A stretch of DNA of 64,000 bases. Source: Octopus vulgaris (Eukaryota). The notes beneath the pieces are model-generated. The model had not been told where the DNA came from. It did not search any database and saw nothing but the letters and a program-made list of their open reading frames with translations. Shown here piece by piece: positions 10,963-27,537 of this stretch. Each line of letters starts with the position of its first letter. Position 1 is the stretch's first letter. The DNA lies in assembly GCA_951406725.2 (NCBI GenBank), contig OX597834.1:4898001-4962000 (forward strand), given 5' to 3'. Both the position numbers and the translations under genes were made by a program.

Positions 10963-12696
10963 AAGATCAACAACCTGATCTCAACACACCACAACTCACT
11001 TACGGATAATGAAAAAGACTACATCACCAATTTCGAACCAAAACCCAGAAACTTCTACGGTCTACCAAAAATACACAAATCAAAAAATATTCAACAGGCA
11101 GTAAAAGAACAAGAAAGTGAGTACATAAAATTATTACATCCAAAAGACCTAAAACTTAGACCTATTATAGCTGGTCCAGCATGCCCTACACACCGTCTAA
11201 GCAATTTTATTGACATTGTTTTGAAACCACTATGTACTTACATACCAAGTTTCATCAGGGATGACATCGACTTCCTGTCCCATCTTCCCAAAACAACAGA
11301 AACAAATTCAGTTTTACTAAGTTTTGATGTGGTAAGCCTCTACACCAATATTCCACACGATTTAGGAATAAAGGCGATTAAATACTGGTTAGTAAAACAT
11401 AGAGAAGTAATTCCCAGCAGATTCACAGTGCCATTTATATTAGACACAGTCAAACTTATTCTAGAAAATAACACCTTCTTCTTCAATGGAAAGAATTACA
11501 TCCAAATTAGAGGCACGGCGATGGGAACGAGGTTTGCTCCCGTTTACGCCAACTCTGTAATGGGATACTTAGAACAACAACTCTACCAAGAGGTGGAGGT
11601 AAACTATGGCACTGGATTTAGAAAATATATTGAAAAGGCATGGAAGAGATACCTAGACGACTGCTTCATAATCTGGACAGAATCTCTAAATACTCTGGAA
11701 GAGTTCAATATCCTCCTGAACAACCTACACCCATCTCTCCAATTTACAAAGGAGATGAGTAGTACCAAATTACCATTCCTGGATATAATGGTAATTAAAA
11801 AAGACACCACCATCACCACAGATATATACTATAAACACACAGACACACATCAATACCTAAATGTTAAGTCGTGCCATCCACCACATACAAAACGTAACAT
11901 CCCATACTGCCTAGCCAGAAGAATTTGTACCATTGTAGAAGATGTAAATATCAGGAACAAACGCCTAATAGAACTAAAAGAATTTTTGCTGAAACAAAAA
12001 TACCCATCTCTACTTATAGAAAATGGCATACAGCGGGCTATAAAAATACCCATACAACAACTTAGGACAACCCAAGGAAGAGGAAAACAAGAACAAGTCA
12101 TACCATTCATAGTGACACACAACCCATGTCACCAGAATATCTTCAACATTGCCAAAGCAAACCTACCAATCATTGCCCAAAGTAATGAATTAAAAGACAT
12201 AATCACGGATCGAGCTATGGTGCTTAGTAAAAGACAGCCTAAAAACTTGAAAACATTACTAACAAAGGCAAAATTTGACCTCAGCAACAAAGACCAAACA
12301 TTCACGGTATCTAAATGCAATGATAGCCGATGTGGCACATGCCAATTCATACATACCGGTCAATATATAAACACAAAAACCGGGAAAATATTCACAAACG
12401 CGAATATGAACTGCAAAAGCAGAAATTTAATTTACTGCATCAAATGCCCAAATTGTGATGAAATATATGTAGGTCAGACGGGAAACGCACTATTAGAACG
12501 CTCACGTGTACACCGGCAACAGATTAGAGACCCAGAGGTCCGTCAGATACCTTTGAGTAACCACCTAGCAACATGTGGCCGGAAAATGTGTATAATATTT
12601 CCGTTCTACAAATTACACAGCCCAAGTGAAATCGAGAGGAGAATCAGAGAAAAGAATTTTATTGATAAATTCGAACCCAAGCTAAATAAGCAATAA
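10963..12696 (+). CDS. PLE reverse transcriptase + GIY-YIG endonuclease (frame open from ~10963; 10787-10978 precedes it across one frameshift)
   Basis: Supplied 491-aa ORF extends upstream in frame without a stop; catalytic YLDD and GIY-YIG motifs intact. Confidence 0.9.
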   Translation, partial: KINNLISTHHNSLTDNEKDYITNFEPKPRNFYGLPKIHKSKNIQQAVKEQESEYIKLLHPKDLKLRPIIAGPACPTHRLSNFIDIVLKPLCTYIPSFIRDDIDFLSHLPKTTETNSVLLSFDVVSLYTNIPHDLGIKAIKYWLVKHREVIPSRFTVPFILDTVKLILENNTFFFNGKNYIQIRGTAMGTRFAPVYANSVMGYLEQQLYQEVEVNYGTGFRKYIEKAWKRYLDDCFIIWTESLNTLEEFNILLNNLHPSLQFTKEMSSTKLPFLDIMVIKKDTTITTDIYYKHTDTHQYLNVKSCHPPHTKRNIPYCLARRICTIVEDVNIRNKRLIELKEFLLKQKYPSLLIENGIQRAIKIPIQQLRTTQGRGKQEQVIPFIVTHNPCHQNIFNIAKANLPIIAQSNELKDIITDRAMVLSKRQPKNLKTLLTKAKFDLSNKDQTFTVSKCNDSRCGTCQFIHTGQYINTKTGKIFTNANMNCKSRNLIYCIKCPNCDEIYVGQTGNALLERSRVHRQQIRDPEVRQIPLSNHLATCGRKMCIIFPFYKLHSPSEIERRIREKNFIDKFEPKLNKQ

Positions 12697-13190
12697 TAAT
12701 AATACTTAGAGGTATTACTTCCACTGCTACGACCATGACCACTAACAACAACAACAATACTAAAGGTGATCAAGATGAAGATAGCAGGAAAATTATCTTA
12801 TTTAGGGTTAAAAGTTCTATTGCCACCACCATCACCACTAGCAACAATAATTAAGGTGCTGACAATGATGATGATGACAATTGAAATATAAAAATATAAA
12901 AATCTCTGACAAAGGATATTTACAACATTTCTAAAAATAACCCAACAATTGCTGCTTCGGCCAGGGTCAAGATACAGGACTCTTGACATGTCCAACAAAG
13001 CGTGATGCCTAAACCAATCAGCTCAACCAACCAATCAGCTTAAGTAATTGAGTGATACTACACACTGATTGGTCAGAATACAGTTTGCAAAACCTAGCAC
13101 TCTGGAGCCTACCCAGCTGTATTTATAGCACAGAATCAATCGTTTTGCTACAGTCAAAAATTGTGAAGCATGACTGTCAACACTACTACA

Positions 13191-13235
13191 TGAACCCGAA
13201 GATTGCAGAATTCAATGCATGAAAGTACTAGTTCA
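13191..13235 (+). ncRNA. Minimal type-I hammerhead motif (CCGAAGA core) in PLE 3' pseudo-LTR
   Basis: TGAAC-CCGAAGA-TTGCA-GAATTCAA-TGCAT-GAAA-GTAC-T-A-GTTCA; 5-bp stem I, AGTACT palindrome, CUA triplet. Confidence 0.75.
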
Positions 13236-13364
13236 ATCAGAATGAACATTTAACATTCTACTATTTCATTTTATTTTATTCAATTATAATATATTATCTT
13301 ATAATATATCATTATAAGATTGTAAATAAAACGTGAAAATCAGACAAGGTTGGAATTCTTTTTA

Positions 13365-13404
<40 letters not shown>

Positions 13405-13461
13405 AAAAAATGAAGTTCGAAAATGCTGCTGTATTATTCAATTTTTAATTTTTATATATAC

Positions 13462-13505
13462 ATTATAACATGTTTCAGTTCTTGAAATGAACCTTATCAA
13501 AAAAA
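13462..13505 (-). ncRNA. Hammerhead motif with U3-A8 core, weak stem I
   Basis: Reverse complement TTTTT-TTGATAA-GGTTC-ATTTCAA-GAACT-GAAA-CATG-T-T-ATAAT; ACATGT palindrome. Confidence 0.65.
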
Positions 13506-13848
13506 GTTATATATAAAAAAAGACAGCTCATGCCGTCAAACACAAGAAATTCATTTATAATACACAACGGAGTCAGACATCTTAGAGTTCATGTATAGTT
13601 GATATATAGTTCATGTATAGTTGATATATAGTTTGAAGTATATGTTCAAAGTGTTCGATGCAGTGGCCCACGGTGGCGATACGTATTCAATACAAAAAAC
13701 AGAAAACAGATCAAAGTGGTGGAAAGCGGTCAATACAGAAGATTGATGTTTCCGAAAGAGCGAGGAATTCATTTTTACCTTAAGCAATTGTGATGACCCA
13801 TGGTGGATGTTCGCTGGGTGGATCTAGTGGGTTTTGTGAAGTGCTCGG

Positions 13849-14215
13849 TTTTATAATGCCTGTTAGGTGGTCAGTCCAGCGTAGCGTGACGTCATCAACG
13901 TTTTGACCAATCGTTTCGTTAGGTGGCTTTATTCAAGCAGAACGGGACGTCATCATCATTTTGACCAATCGCTGCAGTATAACTGCCTCTTGTTTGTTTC
14001 CTGTTTTGACCAGTCGCTTCGTTAGTCAAGCAGAATTCTGCCCAATCACGACTTATATCTACATTAGATCTGCCCCCTGTCTGGACTTGTTAGGTGACTA
14101 GTCAAGCAGAAAAGGATGTCATCAATATTCTGACTAATGACTGTCCCCTGTTTGTATCCTGTCCATTCTAGCAGAGCTAGACGTCATCAACTTGTTGACC
14201 AATCAGAATCGGGTC
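13849..14215 (-). promoter_or_regulatory. Putative pseudo-LTR promoter: repeated GACGTCATCA/TTGACCAATC modules and TATAAAA
   Basis: About five degenerate modules between ~13886 and 14215; TATAAAA on the minus strand at 13849-13855, upstream of the hammerhead. Function is inferred. Confidence 0.45.
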
Positions 14216-15590
14216 TGACCCTTAGCTGTATCGTATGTATCAGGGTCAGATTTGCACGAAAGAATTTTTTCCTTTTTTACTAAGGCATATTTCCGTCAGA
14301 GCGAGTGTCTGTTTAAAGTAGCGGCCGTGGTGGAATTTTGCTTCTCCTTTTCGGAGGACTTATCTTTTGTTTTAGTATTCCTGGCCCAGGGTGTTTAAAC
14401 TTGGTCTAAATTTTTTTATGAAATATAGTTCTTTATTTTGGCGTTGTGTGAAGGTTGCGTTGTCACTGAATTTATAAAGCGGGTTAGTTGTAAATTTCGG
14501 ATTTACATTTCCAGCACATCTATCTATGTGTCCGCTGACTGGTATTTTGCGGTAATCAGGGTTTCTAATTTGTGATTTATGCACCGCCATCCTGTTACGT
14601 AAGCCAATTTTTGTATGGCCTATATACTGCCTATTGCAGCCTGCGCATGTTATGACGTAAATTAAGTTTTCTGATGCGCAGGTGAAGTTTGTTCTAATGG
14701 TGAACTGGTGGCCTTATTCCAGTATAAATTCTGATCCTTCTTTCAAGATGACACAGATTCCGCAGTTGGGCCTTCCGCATTTTCTAACTGCTGGTTTTGT
14801 GGTTGATGTTGAGTGCAGTGTAGCTTGGGTTAAAATCCTTTTCAAGGATTTTGGTTGCCGTTTACTTTTAATGATGGTGTGTGTTTCGAGGATCCGGTTC
14901 ATCTTTGGGTCTCCCTTTAGTAGGGCTGTGCTTTGTAGTATGGTGTTGAAGGCCTCATTGTTGAGTGGGTTGTGTGTAGAGATGTAGGGAAGGGTTTTTA
15001 ATTGTTCTTTCTTTTTTGGTTTTGTTTGTCTCAGGTCTTCTATACTTAATTTAAGTACCCGTTGGATTGCACTGTCTATTAGGGGCTGTGGATAGTTTCT
15101 ATTTGTGAGTGTGGTTCTAAGTAACTGGAGACGTGTGTGTCGGGTGTTTGTGTCTGATATTATGGTGCAAATCCTTCTAGCTAAACAAAAAGGGACATTC
15201 ATTCTAGTGTGTCGTGGGTGGCATGAATCAAAGGGTAGGTACTGTTTAGTCTGTCGGTTTATAGTAGATATCTGTCTCTATTTTGTTGCCGGTTTTCTTA
15301 ATGAGGATGTCTAAAAATGGTAATTCTTTTTCGTTGTGGTCCATCGTGAATTGTATATTGTCATTTATTCCATTTAATAGTATTTTAAATTCCTCAAGTT
15401 TCTCTATACATTTGTCCCAGATGATGAAACAGTCATCGAGGTATCTTTTCCAGTTGTTATGGATATAGGTGGCGAAGGTGTTTCCATATTTCTCGAGTGT
15501 CATCCGGTATAGTATTTTCTCGAGGTATCCCATCACTAGGTTGGCAAAAGATGGTGCAGTACGCGTGCCCATCGCTGTTCCCGATCTTTG

Positions 15591-15655
<65 letters not shown>

Positions 15656-15680
15656 GTATGTATATATATATATATATATA

Positions 15681-16040
15681 CTCTTTTACTCTTTTACTCT
15701 TTTACTTGTTTCAGTCATTTGACTGCGGCCATGCTGGAGCACCGCCTTTTTAGTACTTATTCTATCGGTCTCTTTTTGCCGAACCGCTAAGTGACGGGGA
15801 CGTAAACACACCAGCATCGGTTGTCAAGCAATGCTAGGGGGACAAACACAAACACACACACACACATATATATATATACATATATACGACAGGCTTCTTT
15901 CAGTTTCCGTCTACCAAATCCACTCACAAGGCATTGGTCGGCCCGGGGCTATAGCAGAAGACACTTGCCCAAGATGCCACGCAGTGGGACTGAACCCGGA
16001 ACCATGTGGTTGGTTAGCAAGCTACTTACCACACAGCCAC
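15681..16040 (-). mobile_element. SINE family A, near full length
   Basis: Reverse complement of 60067-60477 with the (AAAAGAGT)n tail. Confidence 0.92.
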
Positions 16041-16086
16041 ATACATATATATGTATATATATATGTGTGTGTGTGTGTGTGTGACA

Positions 16087-16158
16087 GCGTGTGTATTGCT
16101 GGCGATTTTCTTTCTACGTCTTCCCTTCCTTGGACCTTTCCTCTTTCTATTTTTCTAA
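16087..16158 (+). mobile_element. Fragment of PLE pseudo-LTR family P2
   Basis: GGCGATTTTCTTTCTACGTCTTCCCTTCCTTGGACCTTTCC matches ~63283-63330; stops before the hammerhead. Confidence 0.6.
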
Positions 16159-16182
16159 GTATATATATACTTCATTAAGAAA

Positions 16183-16318
16183 CTGCAAAGACATCACAAA
16201 GACAGTTATTAAGAGTTCCACGTTCCCGTTCGTCGGACAGTTTTGGTTGGGAAACCAAAAGTGTTCGACGAACGGGAGCGTGAAACTCTGAGTAACAGTT
16301 TTTGTGATGTCTTTGTAG
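16183..16318. repeat. 136-bp foldback (arms ~66 bp, ~3-nt loop)
   Basis: CTGCAAAGACATCACAAA...TTTTGGTT / AAACCAAAA...TTTGTGATGTCTTTGTAG with about 9 mismatches. Confidence 0.9.
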
Positions 16319-16439
16319 CTTTATTAATAAAGTACATTACTCTACCTCTGGTTTTCGAGTATCTATTTTTCCACCTTGTTTCATGTTTATGTGCTCACAT
16401 CTAAATATAGCTTAGAGTAATATCAGGATTCCAAAGCAG

Positions 16440-16850
16440 CTTTTCTTTAGCCAATTCCCAACAGGAAGATCAGTTATAAGGCCACTCTTGCTCATTAAGG
16501 ACAAACTAGTAGACAATGTGAAGCGATGCAACATTCCTTTTTCTTCCAGGGAAAACAAAGCATAAGAACGCAGGACCTGACGCCAGCCCTCAGTTCAAAT
16601 ATCGGGACCAACTTTGTGCGAGCATGAAGGCACGCTGGCAAAACGCTAGCCCTCTAAATGGAAACCTCACTTGTCATTATGGATTTTTAGTACGAAGGAA
16701 AGCAGGCCTTGCCGTCCACTCAAGAACACCCGTAGTGAATGATCCACAAGCACTGAAGCAAACTGAGTCCTCAACTTGTTCCATTTGCCAAAATGTTTGC
16801 AACGCAACAGCAGACTTCAGAAGACAAATTCCTGTCCATAGAACACGATT
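16440..16850 (+). mobile_element. Possible 3'-end relic of an RTE-type LINE
   Basis: Translation PQFKYRDQLCASMKA...TCHYGF...CSICQNVCNATADFRRQIPVH loosely resembles RTE C-termini (RYKD.LK...CxxC...H). Confidence 0.4.
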
Positions 16851-16902
16851 AAAGCTTTACTTTACTGAACCCTCATTTGTCGTTCACAACAAGAGAATCC
16901 AT

Positions 16903-16941
<39 letters not shown>

Positions 16942-17379
16942 ACACATGTATATACACACACATATACACACGCGTATATACACCCACACACATTACATGC
17001 GTATACTTGCAATTGTATTTCAAATAATATAACAGAAAATAGGTATTTAAGCCTATGAACATGGTGGTTACTGTATTGGTTCCATTAACTGAACCGACTG
17101 CTTAGTGAATTAGGCAGTGTGTACTTCCGTAAAAAATTATAATTAGACTGCAACGGTAATCATCTGCAAGTATCATCGTGTCAAAAGCAGGCTCTTTAAA
17201 TTGTAAGTACGGTTCCACAAAAATGGCACCGAGAAATGCTCATCTATGTCTCATATTTTACTTACGCAACAGAAATGCACATGAAGTTAAGCTAATATAT
17301 TTCCGTATTGCAGAATCTGCTATAGCGCAATAATGAATATGTATATAATTCCATAGTTTTATATACATTTACATGGAGA

Positions 17380-17717
17380 TTCTCAAATAAATAATTGTGT
17401 ATCATTTAGAAACACCTGTGTTCTTAAATATAAACTTATCATGCGCGTGCATACACACACGCAGAAACACACACAAAAATACACACGTACCGCGCACACA
17501 CACAAGCACACACATAAAAACACACACAAATATATATATGTGTATGTATGTATACATATATATATATACATATATATATATGTGTATGTATATATGTGCA
17601 TATGTATATTTATATACATATATATTTTTATATGTATATATATATTTATATATATGTATGCAAGTATATATGTACATATATATATATATATATATATGTG
17701 TGTATGTATAGATGTGC

Positions 17718-17751
<34 letters not shown>

Positions 17752-17893
17752 CATACATGTATACACACACATACATATATACATGTATATGCACGCATAC
17801 ATAGGTATATACACGTATAGACGTATATGTAAATATATCTATATGCATATGTTTATGTTCACATACAAACACATATATATATGCGTGTATTGT

Positions 17894-17940
<47 letters not shown>

Positions 17941-18000
17941 GCGTGTGTGTGTATGTGTATATAGAGGAACACACACACAAAGCCACACATATTTATACGG
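17380..18000. repeat. Complex TA/CA/TG low-complexity tract
   Basis: Direct reading. Confidence 0.9.
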
Positions 18001-18406
18001 CAGAGACAGGCATCATCACGGTAATCAGTTTATGTACATTGGGAATGCGATTGTTTGGTAACCTGCCAATTTGTGTGCGAGGAGATAAATTAACCAGTGG
18101 TGTGCACTCGGTTTTCTCTGACAGCTGGACTTGTCTTCTTGCATACTAAGTGGAATACCTATTAAGTCGAACAAATGTGTAGAAAAGTGTGAAGTTTGTA
18201 GGCACCGCTTCAACACATTTAAGAATTCATTTACCTCAGATGTCTGATGTATTATGAATATAAGTCTAATTCATATGTATGCTCACCCAACGTTTCCTAG
18301 AACCGCTATTCATATACATTCATATGTGTATATGTCCGAGTGTGTGTTTGTGTGTGTGTCTGTGTGTATACATATATATATACTTATATGAACGTATGTA
18401 CATCTG

Positions 18407-18460
<54 letters not shown>

Positions 18461-18530
18461 TATATATATATATGTATATATTTATGTATATATGTATATA
18501 TATATGTATATATTTATGTATATATGTATG

Positions 18531-18572
<42 letters not shown>

Positions 18573-18760
18573 AAGCAGCTGTACACACATTCATATAAGT
18601 GCATATATATATGCAGAGATATATGTTTGTACATATCTACCTACCTACATACATACATACACACGCACACATATATGTATGTATGTATGTATGTAGGTAG
18701 GTCGGTATATACAAATATATTTACATATATTGTTGTCGTTATTATTACTATATTGCTAAA

Positions 18761-18915
18761 GGTAGCGAACTGGCAAAATCGTTAGCTCGCCGGGCGATGA
18801 GTTTAAGGATATTTCGCTTGTCTTTACGTTCCGAGATCGAATTCCACCGATGTTGACTTTTCTTTTCATCCTTTCGGGGTGGACTAGATAAGTACCAGTT
18901 ACGGACTGGGGTCTA
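18761..18915 (+). mobile_element. SINE family B, degenerate
   Basis: GGTAGCGAACTGGCAAAATCGTTAGC...GTTGACTTTTCTTTTCATCCTTTCGGGG. Confidence 0.75.
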
Positions 18916-19107
18916 TGTACTTGTGGCAAAAATTTGAAATAATGATAATAATAATTATTATAGCTATTATTATTTTGCTTTCGCTCAGGTTCGGTCTTAT
19001 TCCTCGTAGGAATTATATAGAAAGCGGGTTATTACCCGTAACCTTAGGTATCCACAAACTTTCGCCAGTCTTCCAGAACCTCCTGATAATACTTGCTGTC
19101 CTAAGAG

Positions 19108-23180
<4,073 letters not shown>

Positions 23181-23761
23181 TATTACTATTATTATCGTTA
23201 TTATTATTATTATTATTATTATTATAATTATTATTATTAATTTATTTTATTTCTCAGATCTCTCGGACTTACCTGTTCCGGTTAATTCAGTGAGAACAGA
23301 CAGCAACCTTTTGTTTAAGCTCTAACAAGGTCACTTTCCGCGAATTATAAAACTTGGTTGCTAGATGTTAATTATCGTGGAAGATTTTCAACACCGAGTA
23401 CCAGTCCAAAACTTCTCGGTGTCCTCATTAGAGAAGCTTTGGGAGTATACTTTACTCTCATGTCAATTCCATTTTGGTTGTTAGTGCTCTGAATGTCCCT
23501 ACAATTCCTGAGATGACAGTTACTTTTTCGTTGCCCACATTTTTGCAGTTTCATCTTTTAGTAACATATTTCCCTACCTTATCCAGCCATTTGTCACCTA
23601 CGCCTCTGTCTACAATGTTACTTTCCTTTTTACTTTTATATACTACAATAATGTCTGTTATTAACTGATTTTAAATCAATTAATAGCAGAAGTCTTGAGA
23701 ACCACACCCTGGTATTGTAGGAGGGCATTACACATACACACACACATATATATGCATATAT

Positions 23762-23820
<59 letters not shown>

Positions 23821-23823
<3 letters not shown>

Positions 23824-24085
23824 ATAAATATTAGGGAATAAATCCAAATTTACAGGGAAAAATCAGATTTAGGATTGAATCCAATTTTATAGTAAAATAT
23901 AATATAATATTAATTAGAGACAAAACCACTATTATGCAAATCAAACAAAGAAAGACTTAATCCAATACATAAAAAATTTTATATAAATTAAATAAAATTA
24001 AGTTATCCACTACAATTGTTTCCTGTCACTTCTAAGGACATTCATCAGGTGGTTTCTAGACCTTCTATTCAATTTTAAATTAAAT
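23821..24085 (-). mobile_element. Solo PLE pseudo-LTR with hammerhead, between (TA)n tracts
   Basis: Carries the motif at 24007-24052; AT-rich tail; TA-repeat flanks. Confidence 0.65.
24007..24052 (-). ncRNA. Type-I hammerhead motif, canonical CUGAUGA core
   Basis: Reverse complement CCAC-CTGATGA-A-TGTC-CTTAGAAGT-GACA-G-GAAA-CAATTG-T-A-GTGG; ACAATTGT palindrome, GUA triplet. Confidence 0.85.
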
Positions 24086-24403
24086 ATATGTATATATATA
24101 TATATATATTTTTTATATATATATATATATTTTATATATATATATATATAATTAGAGGTTGTGTAAACCTCATGAAGGAATGGTTTCTTCCGAGTAAATA
24201 CTGGTTCAATAACTAGTATTTTGGTGGAACAAACCTCCTTAAAATAATAGGTATATATAAAAACATACAGTTTATATTCCTTTAAAAGAAGAAAAGAAAA
24301 TAGATTAGGAATATAACAATTGTTTATTACTAACAGCAAATTGGTCATCTTCCTTTACAGCCGTTTCAATTAATTTAGCAGACATAAATGAATCTCTCTC
24401 TCA

Positions 24404-24488
<85 letters not shown>

Positions 24489-24491
24489 TAG

Positions 24492-24529
<38 letters not shown>

Positions 24530-24595
24530 ATATATATATATGTATATAGATATATATACACATATATGTATATATATGTATATATGTATATATAC

Positions 24596-24649
<54 letters not shown>

Positions 24650-24907
24650 ACATATAAATAAATTAGAAGGTTTGGAGATGATGTACAGGTATTTTATATT
24701 AGTAGAAATGAGGTACTCAGAAAATCGGATGATTTTATATTTACAGATATTTATTTGTATATTACATGTTTTTATACATCATATATCATATATCATATAT
24801 GGTATATTAGCGCTTTTCTCCATTCTAGTGGAGTTTTCAAATTGAACTAAGTTTTTGTGGAAAACTTTGACCATTTTTATAGTGTTATTGAGTGTGTAGT
24901 TATGGGG

Positions 24908-24945
<38 letters not shown>

Positions 24946-25006
24946 TTATATATGTGTAAAAGTATATACATGAGAGTATACAAATATACATACACCTCCA
25001 CACACG

Positions 25007-25039
<33 letters not shown>

Positions 25040-25220
25040 CATGGTTTTATATATATATACACAGATACATATACACACACACAACCGCGTATATACATAA
25101 GGGAAACGAAAAGGTTGAGATACATATGCAAATGTATATATGGATTTGTATAATTTTTATAAATATATATATACTTCTATATATGTGTGTGTATGTGTGT
25201 GTTCGTGCGGGAGTGTGTGT

Positions 25221-25283
<63 letters not shown>

Positions 25284-26111
25284 CGATGCAGACACACAGA
25301 CAGGTACACACACATATACAAATTTTTATATATATGCACGTGTGCCAGATCTCTGCTGATAAGTATCACTAGATGTCAGTCATCACCTAAAACAAATACA
25401 TTTTCCCGAAGATCCGTTCTAAATTCTAGCATTTTCTTAAGTAAGCAATACCCTAACTACCCTTTAGAAATTTTGCAGTTAGCTATCATCATTTATTTTT
25501 GTGAATAAAAGTAAATCATCCAGCATTTTATTCATTCAGATAGACATTGTATGTATGTCTATATGGCTGAGCAAATAAGATGCGGCTAATTCTATCACTT
25601 CAAACTATAAAATATTAAAGCGATTTTCACTCTGCCGAAGTGTTGGTTCGAGAGCAATTAAATATCATAAAGTATTTCATTACTTTGTTTTAATACAGTC
25701 ATTCATGTACCGTGTGTTGTAAAATCACGATTAGCAACAAATACAAAATTGTCATCTTGTTCATAAATATGTAGATATTCTACCCATTCCGCACGTTGGC
25801 ACTGCCGGAAAGCTTCGCAAGGAGCCTTCTGCATGGCATATCTACATATAATTGTGAATTAAAATATTTTATATACTAAGATTAAGACTAAATGATATTT
25901 CGTCCACTGCAGTTGTAAGGAAAATCTATAAGATTTTTGAATAAGAAACTCATTTATGTTAATGCCCACATATGTAGACATGCAGCAGAACGCTTGCGTG
26001 CGAAATCTTCCCAGACGCTTTTCATGGATTGCTTACAGATTGGCATAGGCGTGAATCGCTAGACCCTCTAAGAAAATGCTTACCAACATTATTATATATA
26101 TACATACATAC

Positions 26112-26170
<59 letters not shown>

Positions 26171-26370
26171 CAAAATAAGCAACAAGAATAACTTCGGTAA
26201 TTTGGTACGATCGTTTCGCACTACATCATTTTATTAAATGTATTACAACAGTTTTAAAATACTGAGCACTCATCAGCCATTAATAGAGGTTTCCCATTAA
26301 TACATAATTTTTATATCAAATGGTAACATTTGCTGAACTTATACATATAAATACATACATACATATATAT

Positions 26371-26416
<46 letters not shown>

Positions 26417-26749
26417 ATGTGTATGTGTATGTGTGTGTGTGTGTGTGAGCATATATGTACATATTTCTTTACACATACACACACATGTACATATTATTTT
26501 TACTCTTTCGTTTTAACAAATGCATTTTAATATGGTTCTAAACTCCACTAAAAAGTCTTTGAATAAACCAAGTTTGAAATTCCTATTATCAAAGAGGTTA
26601 GTAATATTTTTTTCTGTTTGCACAAGTATGCTCGACTAGAAATTCACCCGATGATACCGTTCCTTCAATGCAAAAATCTAAGTAGTTATTCACTTGAAAC
26701 GTAAGCTTGATTTATAATGTAAGAATCTTCAGAGCAAATTTGTAATTGA

Positions 26750-26866
26750 ATTTCATCGGAAAGGATGAAAGGCTAAGTCGACCTCGACGGAATTTGCACT
26801 CAGAACGCAGCGACGGGCAACATACCGCTGAGCATTTCGTCCGGCGAGCTAACTATTCTGCCAGCT
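26750..26866 (-). mobile_element. SINE family B, 5' part
   Basis: GGATGAAAGGCTAAGTCGACCTCGACGGAATTTGCACTCAGAAC...CTGCCAGCT. Confidence 0.78.
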
Positions 26867-27098
26867 AACATGATGATAATAGTAGCAATAATAAGAAGAG
26901 TAGTAATGCTGACAAATTATATAGGAAAAGCAGTATGATAATTCCAAAAACAAGATCGTCTATGAACAATATTTTTAGAAATTTCAATATTGACTCCCGA
27001 CAGTTTTACAGTTAATTCTAGGTAGGACAAAAATAATTTGCGTAACTTCCAGGATACAAGATAGCAAAACCAAGAAGATGACCACTATGAAAAAGCTT

Positions 27099-27537
27099 AG
27101 ATCTTTTCGGTTTGACCTGCAGTTTTTTCTAGCTGTGTTATAAGAAATTACCACCCATAATTATGACCCTAGTATCGATCTATTGCATTTCAATCTGTTT
27201 TAGAGTTAGGGTTAGTTAGGGTTACTTAGGGTTAGGGTTAGGGTTAGGGGTGAGGGGAAGGGTGTCTTCACAAATGTAAATAAACCTAATCTGTTTCTTA
27301 AACGAGGGACATATTCATACGGCACATAATATTTTCACCTCAATAGACGTCATTGATTGGTTGAAATTGCAGAAATTGAAGAAAAAAAGAACAAATATCT
27401 TACAAACTATAGAATTTTCTCAATAAAGCCAAGAGAAAAAGATGTTTTATAAACACATTCTACCAGTATACGCAGTTTAAAATTTTTTAGTTATCTAGAA
27501 ATTATGTTAAAAACTGCCGTTCAAACCGAAAAGATCC
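27099..27537. mobile_element. MITE, ~28-bp TIRs, 8-bp TSD, internal TTAGGG repeats
   Basis: TIR (A/G)GATCTTTTCGGTTTGA...; AAAAGCTT at 27091-27098 and 27538-27545; TTAGGG run at ~27205-27250. Confidence 0.85.

Larger units (their letters stand above)
10781..13370 (+). mobile_element. Penelope-like retroelement (Neptune-like), 5'-truncated, near-intact
   Basis: ADKGGAIVIM, FYGLPKIHK, RPIIAG, SFDVVSLYTNIP, GTAMGTRFAP, RYLDDCF, PFLDI, Cys linker CNDSRCGTC, IYCIKCPNCDEIYVGQT; 3' UTR with CCAAT boxes and hammerhead; (TA)n on both sides. Clade assignment from the Cys linker is inference. Confidence 0.93.
13402..15593 (-). mobile_element. Penelope-like retroelement (Neptune-like), 5'-truncated, with a frameshift and a stop
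   Basis: Minus ORF pieces 15246-15572 (GTAMGTRTAP, WKRYLDDCF, LPFLDI), 14714-15202 (CGRPNCGIC) and 14372-14713 (NLIYVITCAGCNRQYIGHT...KELYFIKKFRPSLN); flanked by (TA)n. Confidence 0.92.

Noticed and set aside
13886-14215. CRISPR-like repeat-spacer array
   Set aside because: Units are degenerate and irregular, lie in a eukaryotic retroelement UTR, and no cas genes are present.
17380-18790. Long IY/YI/CV-rich ORFs here and throughout the window
   Set aside because: They are translations of TA, CA, TATG and TAA microsatellites, not genes.
24150-24370. Second pseudo-LTR-like block with ACAATTGT and GAAACGGCTGTA strings
   Set aside because: Probably a PLE remnant, but no complete hammerhead can be folded.
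27205-27250. True telomere or chromosome fusion scar
   Set aside because: The array is short and lies inside a TIR/TSD-bounded element.
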